Below, one piece after another: positions 9,251 to 16,276 of a stretch of DNA of 32,000 nt. This DNA comes from Candidatus Saccharimonadota bacterium (lineage in GTDB: Archaea > Micrarchaeota > Micrarchaeia > Micrarchaeales > Micrarchaeaceae). Position 1 is the stretch's first letter; the number at the start of each line of letters is the position of its first letter. The stretch covers positions 150,001 to 182,000 of the forward strand of contig OY969114.1 in assembly GCA_963698035.1 (NCBI GenBank). The letters are read 5' to 3'. A model generated the notes under the pieces. The model did not search any database and had not been told where the DNA came from. It was given only the letters and a program-made list of their open reading frames with translations. The position numbers and the translations under genes are program-made.

Positions 9251-9280
9251 TCTACAAATGTAGACATATATATTTATAAA
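9251..9280. promoter_or_regulatory. Perfect palindrome tctaca-aa-tgtaga directly upstream of a TATA box (tttataaa); candidate operator and promoter of the RHH-hsdS-hsdM unit
   Basis: Palindrome at 9251-9264 and TATA at 9273-9280. The ATG at 9303 sits about 23-30 nt downstream, which is leaderless-type spacing. A third half-site tctaca lies at 9321-9326. Confidence 0.4.
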
Positions 9281-9302
9281 CCTTAACTCACTAATCCTTA
9301 TT

Positions 9303-9677
9303 ATGGAATATAGAACCGTATCTACAAGGCTCTCGATTGACGAGTTTACTCTCATTAATGACTATTGTAAACGAAAAAGCATCAACCCATCAGCACTAAT
9401 AAAAGAACTCATCTTTGATGAGATAACTCCGTCTATCCCAGCACATATCGCAGGGAAAAATATTATCGAATACGATAAGAAAAAAGACTCCTTTTCTTGG
9501 TGTATTGAGCTAGATAGTGGTGAGCGCATTACAGCCATTAAAAGCATCTCGCCCGAATATATGAGAGATTTGTGCGGTGCCCTCGCAAGCGCTTTAACTT
9601 CAAGGAATGAATCACAAGGTAAGAAAAGAAGGGGTTCCGTCCCTGTACCTAAAAAAATAATCAAGGGGAGAAAATGA
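9303..9677 (+). CDS. Ribbon-helix-helix protein embedded in the R-M operon; candidate controller
   Basis: RTVSTRLSIDEFTLINDYCKRKSINPSALIKELI fits the RHH pattern. Its stop overlaps the hsdS start (ATGA at 9674-9677). Confidence 0.6.
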   Translation: MEYRTVSTRLSIDEFTLINDYCKRKSINPSALIKELIFDEITPSIPAHIAGKNIIEYDKKKDSFSWCIELDSGERITAIKSISPEYMRDLCGALASALTSRNESQGKKRRGSVPVPKKIIKGRK

Positions 9678-10837
9678 AATTTGACTACGTACAGTTAACG
9701 AATTATTTTGATATAGTTAGCCCTGGCATAAAACCATTCAAGGGAAATAAAAAATATATTGCAACTGGTTCGATGGAAACGGGCGAAATTGTGGGTTTCG
9801 ATCAAGTTAGCTATGAATCCAGACCAAGCAGGGCCAATATGGAGACTGTTGAAGACGATATACTGTTTGCTAAAATGAAAGACACCGAAAAAGTTTTCAT
9901 TATCACAAGGAAAGAAACCGAAAATATATATTCTACCGGTTTCAGTATCTTGAGAGTACGAGACCGAACGCAATTTGAACCTAAATTTGTCTACTATTGG
10001 TTGCGATCAGACGCTTTTAAGAGAGTTAAAAACCGAGATTCTACAGGTGCTACACAAAAAGCTCTAAACGAAGGCAGGCTTGCTAAATTCAGAATACCAA
10101 AACCTCCCCTAGAAACCCAAAAGAAACTTGTTGTGATATTTGAGAAGGTAGATAAACTAATAGAATTGCGACTAGATGCAGATAAACTAACTGACGAGTT
10201 CTTAAAAAGTGTTTTTTATGAAATTTTTGGAGATCCTGTTAAAAATACCAAAAAATGGCCTTTAAAGAACCTTAAGGAATTTGGGAAAATAAAAACTGGA
10301 AATACCCCTCCAAGAAAAGAACTAAACTATTATGGGGATTTTATAGATTGGATTAAATCAGATAACCTAAATACACCTTTTACATATTTGACACAAAGTG
10401 AAGAAAAGCTATCTCAAGATGGTGCAAAGGTTGGTAGAATAGCTCCAAAAAGGTCGGTTCTGGTAACTTGTATCGCAGGTAGTTTGTCCGCAATAGGTAA
10501 TGCCGGGATCGCCCAAAAAGATGTTGCGTTTAACCAACAGATCAATGCTATTATACCAAATACGGAAGTAAATGAGTTATTTTTATACTACTTGCTGGTG
10601 AACTCCAAAACTTATATTCAAAGTTTTTCTACACACTCAATGAAAGGGATGATTAGCAAGGGGGTATTTGAAAAAATTAGTCTAATTTATCCAGCGTCCA
10701 AGCTTCAATTTAAATTTGGGGAAATAAGTCAAAATATAGAAATGATGAAAGATAAGCAAAATGAATCTAAAAAACAGATTGATTATTTATTCAAAGCCTT
10801 AATACAAAATACGTTTAGAGGTGATTCACTATGTTAG
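9674..10837 (+). CDS. hsdS: Type I R-M specificity subunit
   Basis: Two target-recognition halves are separated by a conserved helical spacer (PPLETQKKLVVIFEKVDKLIELR). The C-terminal conserved region is QIDYLFKALIQNTF. It overlaps hsdM by 7 nt. Confidence 0.88.
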   Translation: MKFDYVQLTNYFDIVSPGIKPFKGNKKYIATGSMETGEIVGFDQVSYESRPSRANMETVEDDILFAKMKDTEKVFIITRKETENIYSTGFSILRVRDRTQFEPKFVYYWLRSDAFKRVKNRDSTGATQKALNEGRLAKFRIPKPPLETQKKLVVIFEKVDKLIELRLDADKLTDEFLKSVFYEIFGDPVKNTKKWPLKNLKEFGKIKTGNTPPRKELNYYGDFIDWIKSDNLNTPFTYLTQSEEKLSQDGAKVGRIAPKRSVLVTCIAGSLSAIGNAGIAQKDVAFNQQINAIIPNTEVNELFLYYLLVNSKTYIQSFSTHSMKGMISKGVFEKISLIYPASKLQFKFGEISQNIEMMKDKQNESKKQIDYLFKALIQNTFRGDSLC

Positions 10838-12318
10838 ACCAAGAATTAAAAAGTAAAATAAATAAGTTGTGGGATAAGTTTTGGAGTGGTGGTATCTCAA
10901 ATCCACTCATGGCAATCGAGCAAATTTCGTATCTACTTTTCATAAAACGCTTAGAGGATGAAGATGTTCTAAGGCAACAGAATGCAAGACTTACCCGAGA
11001 GCATTATGCCTCTATCTTCCAAGGAAACAGTGATTGCAAGTGGAGTGTCTGGACCGAATATTCTGCAGATAAAATACTGGATCATGTGCGCACTAAGGTA
11101 TTTCCATTCCTAAAAAGCCTTGGCGAAAAGGATTCTCTGTACAATCAATACATGCAAGATGCCGTTTTTGTGATTCCTACTCCGTCAGTGCTTATCGAGG
11201 CCGTGAAAATTATAAATGAACTGAAAATCAAGGAGCAGAATCGTGATACGCAAGGAGACATATACGAGTATCTTCTTTCAGAATTGACAACAGCAGGTAA
11301 AAACGGACAGTTCAGAACTCCACGTCATATAATCAAGATGATGGTGGAGTTATTAAACCCGAAATTTGGTGAGAACATCTGTGATCCGGCGTGTGGCACA
11401 GCTGGTTTCCTTGTTATCGCGTATGAACATATTCTGAAGCTGAATACCTCAAAGGATTTGATAAAGAAAGATGACGTTGGAAATGAATATGGTTTCAAGG
11501 GAGACAAGATAAACTCTACACAATGGGAGATTTTACGCAAGGAAACATTTTATGGTTTTGATATCGATTCAACAATGGTAAGAATTGCGCTCATGAATCT
11601 TATGATGCACGGAATAGATTATCCAAACATAAAACAAATGAATAGTTTATCCACCCGATATACTGAAAATAATCAGTATGATGTAGTCTTGGCAAATCCT
11701 CCATTCAAGGGTAGTATCGACGAATCTGAACTCAGTGATCAGCTTACTATAAAGACGACAAAAACTGAGGTTCTTTTCTTGGAGTTAATGAACCGGGTAA
11801 TGCGTATTAGTGGGAGGTGCGCAGTAATAGTGCCGGATGGTATTCTTTTTGGTGGATCAAAAGCTCATAAACAAATAAAGCAAATGCTTCTAAAGAAATG
11901 CAGGCTAGACGCAGTTATCTCAATGCCTTCTGGTATTTTCAAGCCTTATGCAGGGGTTTCTACAGCTGTACTTGTATTTACAAAGGGGGAAGAGACAAAG
12001 AAGGTCTGGTTCTATGAAATGACCTCAGACGGTTTTACTCTTGATGATAAACGCACTCTCATTGACGGAAAAGGTGATATCCCGGATATAATTGAGAAGT
12101 TCAAGAGACGCGATAAGGAAAGATTTGATGATAGAAAAGCAAAATGCTTCTTCATCCCAATTGAGGAAATAGAAAAAAATGATTTTGACCTTAGCATCTT
12201 AAAATATAAAGAAATTGAACATAAAGAAGTTAAATATGAAAAACCTCAAGCTATAAAGAAGAAAATATTAGAATTAGAGGAGGAAATTATTAGAATTGGA
12301 AACGAAATAGATGTCTAA
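10831..12318 (+). CDS. hsdM: Type I R-M N6-adenine DNA methyltransferase subunit
   Basis: HsdM_N-like N-terminus (LWDKFWSGGISNPLMAIEQISYLLFIKRL), GQFRTPRHI, SAM motif I DPACGTAGFL, and catalytic motif IV LANPPF. Confidence 0.93.
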   Translation: MLDQELKSKINKLWDKFWSGGISNPLMAIEQISYLLFIKRLEDEDVLRQQNARLTREHYASIFQGNSDCKWSVWTEYSADKILDHVRTKVFPFLKSLGEKDSLYNQYMQDAVFVIPTPSVLIEAVKIINELKIKEQNRDTQGDIYEYLLSELTTAGKNGQFRTPRHIIKMMVELLNPKFGENICDPACGTAGFLVIAYEHILKLNTSKDLIKKDDVGNEYGFKGDKINSTQWEILRKETFYGFDIDSTMVRIALMNLMMHGIDYPNIKQMNSLSTRYTENNQYDVVLANPPFKGSIDESELSDQLTIKTTKTEVLFLELMNRVMRISGRCAVIVPDGILFGGSKAHKQIKQMLLKKCRLDAVISMPSGIFKPYAGVSTAVLVFTKGEETKKVWFYEMTSDGFTLDDKRTLIDGKGDIPDIIEKFKRRDKERFDDRKAKCFFIPIEEIEKNDFDLSILKYKEIEHKEVKYEKPQAIKKKILELEEEIIRIGNEIDV

Positions 12319-12329
12319 TTAATGATAAT

Positions 12330-14792
12330 ATGGCTTATAGGAGAAATTTAGGTTTATTTACAAAGGAAGAGCGCGCTAAATGGAGTTATTATCTTTTAGC
12401 ACTCAAGGATATTCTAGACGAAGAGATATGGTCTAGAGAAAATAAGCTCCAAATAGAGCAAGTTCTGAACAGTTTAAATAATGATCAGCTAACCGTTATA
12501 CGTAATAAATACGGATTAGTTGGCACTACTACTGTCATTCAAATTCTTAGTGATAAGAAAAGAGCAATGGACCTCTATTGCTTTTGGCACTTTGCCGAAA
12601 TGCACGTTCCTAGTATAAAAGTTTACTTAAATCTCCCAAGATTGCACGGAATGCCCTTAAAGAAAATTGCTTTTGTAAAAACGCTTACACTTAATGACGA
12701 GGATATGACGGCGATTTTACTTTATAGTCTATGGCGCAGGTATGCGGTATTCGAGAGAAGTTACCAACTTGCAGAAGTCACTGAGCAACAGTTAACTCTA
12801 TTTACACGAAAAATTAGACGTATAAGCACCTTACTATCATACAGTGTTAAAAAGTATGTATTATACGAAAAGCCATACAGGCTAAAAATGCATGGCAAAT
12901 TCCATAATAAGTACATTTACTTATTTATGCGCTACAAAGGCGATGAAGAAGTACTTGCATTTTCAAATAATAGAAGTCAGAGTAAGTATGCTTATAAATT
13001 CGTCATATTAGACCCAGTTTTGAAAACTTTTAATATAGTAGTACATAGTGACAATGAGAGACGAACAATTTTAAATTACATCTCTAAGAAAATTAAATTA
13101 AAAATATTATTTGATTATGGAGATTTGAATGTTTCAAAAGATAAATTCTCTAAACTTTTTGTTTCTGAACCGACAAGAATTCCGATAATAAGTATTACTT
13201 ATGGCAATTCAAAACTCCCTACCGGAGCAAAAATAATGATTCAAGGAAATCCAGCATTAAATCCTATTAACAGGGCATTGGCTTTTCTAAATCCAAACGT
13301 AGTAGAAGCTAATGATATATCAAACATTAAGAGATTCACTATCCTATTTGAAGGACAGCCGGTTAGCATAGCTATAGATAAAATAATAGATGAATTAAAT
13401 TTAGGATACTGTAAATTAAGAATACCGGAGAGAGGGCTGGATTTTGAATTCAGAGAAAAACTGATTAGAAAGTTTAATTCTGATTTTCAAATACCAATAA
13501 ATAAATACTTCTTATTTGGTGAAGGAAATATAGATTATAAGACTATAATCAACTTTCTTCTCAATCAGAAAAATGTAAATTTAAAAGATAAGCCGATAGT
13601 TTATAGACGCACTTTAGACCAAATGTATAACATTGGCTTGTTAGAAAAACCCAAAGAGCATCCAGAACGTTTTTGTGTAAACCAGAGATGCGATAGACGA
13701 TATCGTAGTACCTGGAAGAGAGGACTTTGTATATGCGAGAAGGAACTGGTTATTTTCGGCACATCTTTCAGTGTCAAAATTAATGCAGAGTACGTAACTA
13801 ATTTCATTATAGACTATTTAAACTCTAAGAACTTAAAGTTTACTAAGGCAAAAAGAACATTCAACAAGAGAAAAAGAGATGTAATAGAAATATATACGCC
13901 GAGAGGAAATGTAACAATAATACCAGTCAAATCTACTAAGGTAGAACCGGAATTGTTAGATTATCTAAGAGATAACGAAATTAATTCCGTGTTAGTGCCA
14001 TATCCTAATACTACTGAAACTCAAGAAATAAGAAATAGGAAACATGGCGTTATTCCTGTTTCTGAACTTGTATATACTAAATTATACGAGCAGACTAAAG
14101 ACCCACTTCTTGCTGAGATAAATGGTACTATAGATAACGCCATTGATAGAACTGTTAATAATTACGAATATGCTATAGCGAGGTTAGAAATGAAATCAGG
14201 TTACGACTACCATTTATTTGAAAAGGATATGTATTCACTAATTCATTTTATATCTCCAATAGCACAAAGGCTTGGAGATGACCTTATTGGCAAACGAGTT
14301 TCGGATGGCCTAGTTTCTATTCCACTGGATGAAGAAAGACGGTTCTGTGTAACATGGGATTGCAAGTATACGTCGGATATATATAATTTCAGAGAACCCT
14401 ATAAGAAGACCGTAACATATCTGCAAAAATTATCAAAGTTACCAATCGTTAGAGCTTTCGGAGGCTTAAGAACATTTGTTTTTATCTCTAATAATCCTTC
14501 TGAAAAAAGATTTAGGAAATTCTGTAGAAGACTTATCAAGAATTATAAATGGCGCGGCAAACTGGTTCTATTAAGATCGAGCCAGCTAATAAGCCTTTCA
14601 AAACACTTTAAAAGTATAAGATATAACGTTACATCTTCTCCAGAGTTAAGGTCTAGATATTATGGCGATTTGGCAAATTTATTTTATATGTCCGGAAGAA
14701 AAATACATATAATTAACGACGATGAAGTAGCAAATATAACTAACCAAACATATGAGGCTCCTCGAATACATATAACAAGACCTGATGTCTAA
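12330..14792 (+). CDS. Large orphan protein (820 aa) with a Cys cluster and a C-terminal PD-(D/E)xK-like nuclease signature
   Basis: It starts 12 nt after hsdM on the same strand. CVNQRCDRRY...CICEKE is a possible Zn-binding cluster. The C-terminus reads FEKDMYSLI...RVSDGLVSI...VTWDCKYTS...TFVFISN, which fits E...D...(D/E)xK restriction-endonuclease-fold spacing. I recognise no other family motif. Confidence 0.7.
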   Translation: MAYRRNLGLFTKEERAKWSYYLLALKDILDEEIWSRENKLQIEQVLNSLNNDQLTVIRNKYGLVGTTTVIQILSDKKRAMDLYCFWHFAEMHVPSIKVYLNLPRLHGMPLKKIAFVKTLTLNDEDMTAILLYSLWRRYAVFERSYQLAEVTEQQLTLFTRKIRRISTLLSYSVKKYVLYEKPYRLKMHGKFHNKYIYLFMRYKGDEEVLAFSNNRSQSKYAYKFVILDPVLKTFNIVVHSDNERRTILNYISKKIKLKILFDYGDLNVSKDKFSKLFVSEPTRIPIISITYGNSKLPTGAKIMIQGNPALNPINRALAFLNPNVVEANDISNIKRFTILFEGQPVSIAIDKIIDELNLGYCKLRIPERGLDFEFREKLIRKFNSDFQIPINKYFLFGEGNIDYKTIINFLLNQKNVNLKDKPIVYRRTLDQMYNIGLLEKPKEHPERFCVNQRCDRRYRSTWKRGLCICEKELVIFGTSFSVKINAEYVTNFIIDYLNSKNLKFTKAKRTFNKRKRDVIEIYTPRGNVTIIPVKSTKVEPELLDYLRDNEINSVLVPYPNTTETQEIRNRKHGVIPVSELVYTKLYEQTKDPLLAEINGTIDNAIDRTVNNYEYAIARLEMKSGYDYHLFEKDMYSLIHFISPIAQRLGDDLIGKRVSDGLVSIPLDEERRFCVTWDCKYTSDIYNFREPYKKTVTYLQKLSKLPIVRAFGGLRTFVFISNNPSEKRFRKFCRRLIKNYKWRGKLVLLRSSQLISLSKHFKSIRYNVTSSPELRSRYYGDLANLFYMSGRKIHIINDDEVANITNQTYEAPRIHITRPDV

Positions 14793-14801
14793 TTTAGAAT
14801 A

Positions 14802-16022
14802 TTATAATTTGCCCATTACTTTGTTGTAGATTTTTATCCTCTTACCCTCTCGTATATTCTTTTGTATGTACCATAGCGTAGATTTATTTATTCCTAACTT
14901 TTTACGCTCTTCTGGTGTTATCCCTAGTATATCTTCCTTCACGTTAGTTGAGTCGTTACGTTTTAGTTTTATCTCTGGCAATGTGAAGACCAAGCCTGCA
15001 GCCTTGCCTTGGATATGATTGCTTAGCGCCCTCAGGTTCTCAAAGATCAAGACCTGGTTCTTGTAGCTAGCGTTCCTATGAGTTGTGGTCTCGTTGAAAT
15101 TTATCCTCAATTTCTCGATTAACCTCTTTGCTGTGCCTTCACGAAGTCGTATATGGAAGTTCTCAGTCACGATGAACGATGACTTCTTCAGGGCCTTCTC
15201 CTCAAGTAGCTGGAGAACGGACATGTCAACAAGCCACCTGTACAGCTCCTGGAAGTCATAAACCAAGGGCATCTTGCTCGAGCTTGCTTCATGTAGGAAC
15301 CCTATCGATGGGTCCAGGCCAATGGAGTTTATTGATCGTCTTACCTCACTCTCGAGTATTGAGTAGCCGTAATTAAGCAACGCATTTACCTCGTCCGAGG
15401 CATGCATATTGTGATAAAAACTCTTGTTCTTGCGGCTCTGGAAATTGAATTCAGGCGCGGCCTGCCTGAACACCTTGGCCATCTGCTCCCAGTAGATGTT
15501 GGCCATGCGTGCCTCGTACAGCATCAGGACATTAAGCTTGTTTTTGATTGTCTTGGCGCGCCTTATATCCCTATAGTAGGCATTGAACTCAGTGCTTGAA
15601 CTGATCTTGATGTGCTCCTTATCCAAGACCGTGTAATAAGCAGACAGCTCTTCCAAGAATTCAAGCTCGGACTCAACCTTGCTTTCTATGATTGATAAAG
15701 CTATCTTATACCGCCATGCATCATCCAGGTACGCTTTGTACTGATCCAGCTTCAACTTCCCGGAGATTGGTTCCTTTGGCATGGTTGTACTCAGGAGATT
15801 CCCGTCCCAGTTTAACATGATAATCGGTATGTCATGCTTCATCAGCCATCTTGAGGCATCAAACGAGATGCAGCCGCTATGACCGTCTATTATCACGGAA
15901 TCATAATGGATCTGGTGCGGGTAAAACTCTAGTTTAGTATTCTCAAGCTTATTGGTAATAGTAAGCCTGCGCTGGTCTACATTGATAGATGTTCCAAATC
16001 CAGAGATTAATAATGGATTCAT
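14802..16022 (-). CDS. cas1: Cas1-family integrase (casposase) with a C-terminal HTH
   Basis: N-terminal Cas1 beta domain (LLISGFGTSINVDQRRLTI...DSVIIDGHSGCISFDASRWLMKHDIPIIML). Catalytic-region motifs are LMLYEARMANIYW, NALLNYGYSILESEV, LDPSIGFLHE and LVYDFQELYRWLVD. The C-terminal HTH is GINKSTLWYIQKNIREG. It lies 50 bp inside TIR-R. Confidence 0.92.
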   Translation of the reverse strand: MNPLLISGFGTSINVDQRRLTITNKLENTKLEFYPHQIHYDSVIIDGHSGCISFDASRWLMKHDIPIIMLNWDGNLLSTTMPKEPISGKLKLDQYKAYLDDAWRYKIALSIIESKVESELEFLEELSAYYTVLDKEHIKISSSTEFNAYYRDIRRAKTIKNKLNVLMLYEARMANIYWEQMAKVFRQAAPEFNFQSRKNKSFYHNMHASDEVNALLNYGYSILESEVRRSINSIGLDPSIGFLHEASSSKMPLVYDFQELYRWLVDMSVLQLLEEKALKKSSFIVTENFHIRLREGTAKRLIEKLRINFNETTTHRNASYKNQVLIFENLRALSNHIQGKAAGLVFTLPEIKLKRNDSTNVKEDILGITPEERKKLGINKSTLWYIQKNIREGKRIKIYNKVMGKL

Positions 16023-16060
16023 TCATAGCACCTTTTGTCGAGATAATATCGACGTCAAAG

Positions 16061-16068
16061 TATATAAA
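16061..16068 (-). promoter_or_regulatory. Candidate TATA box (tttatata on the minus strand) for cas1, just inside TIR-R
   Basis: It lies about 40 nt upstream of ATG 16022. A small palindrome gtcga-n7-tcgac (16037-16053) sits between the TATA box and the start codon. Confidence 0.3.
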
Positions 16069-16071
16069 TGA

Positions 16072-16159
16072 GAGAACACTCTAGTTTTTCCTCTAGGTCT
16101 ATAACATATGTAAAAGTTATTTTATAGGACTCTAGTTTTTAAGAGATAGTATATATCCC
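16072..16159. repeat. Right terminal inverted repeat (88 bp)
   Basis: Exact reverse complement of 184-271. Confidence 0.97.
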
Positions 16160-16173
16160 TTAAGTTAATTGCT
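16160..16173. repeat. Right copy of the 14-bp target-site duplication; overlaps the last 4 nt of tRNA-Glu
   Basis: ttaagttaattgct is identical to 170-183. Its innermost 4 nt (16170-16173) encode A70, G71, C72 and A73 of the tRNA. Confidence 0.9.
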
Positions 16174-16244
16174 CCGATCGGGATTTGAACCCGAGTTTCA
16201 GCCTTGAGAGGGCCGTGTCCTTGACCGAACTAGACGATCGGGGC
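16170..16244 (-). tRNA. tRNA-Glu(CUC), 75 nt, CCA not encoded
   Basis: Manual cloverleaf: acceptor GCCCCGA/TCGGAGC (one C3-A70 mismatch), D stem GTCT/GGAC, anticodon stem CGGCC/GGCTG, loop CTCTCAA, T arm TCGGG-TTCAAAT-CCCGA, discriminator A. Confidence 0.85.
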
Positions 16245-16276
16245 GCAGATAATTATTATCAGTACTAAATATTAAT

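Larger units (their letters stand above)
184..16159. mobile_element. Casposon (Cas1-dependent self-synthesizing-type transposon), 15,976 bp from TIR to TIR, inserted at the 3' end of tRNA-Glu
   Basis: Perfect 88-bp TIRs (184-271 and 16072-16159) flanked by a perfect 14-bp direct TSD. Cas1 casposase, PolB remnant, HNH, HTH and RHH genes lie inside. No integrase or IS-type transposase is present. The interior is visibly AT-richer than the flanks. Confidence 0.9.

Noticed and set aside
9251-9264. Palindrome after hsdR read as an intrinsic terminator hairpin
   Set aside because: A 6-bp stem with a 2-nt loop is sterically poor as an RNA hairpin, and no oligo-T tract follows it. Its position just upstream of a TATA box fits a protein-binding operator better, though this is kept only as a hypothesis.
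15179-15599. Plus-strand ORFs 15179..15376 and 15402..15599
   Set aside because: They are antisense to cas1 and have Pro-, Arg- and Ser-rich junk composition.
184-16159. Integrated provirus or integrative plasmid with att sites
   Set aside because: The long terminal repeats are inverted, not direct. The only direct repeat is the short 14-bp TSD outside them. No tyrosine or serine integrase, capsid or terminase-like gene is present, and Cas1 is the only integrase candidate.
14802-16244. CRISPR-Cas adaptation module next to cas1
   Set aside because: I scanned both sides of cas1 and the whole window for short regularly spaced direct repeats and for cas2 or cas4-like ORFs, and found none. The repeats present are the transposon TIRs.
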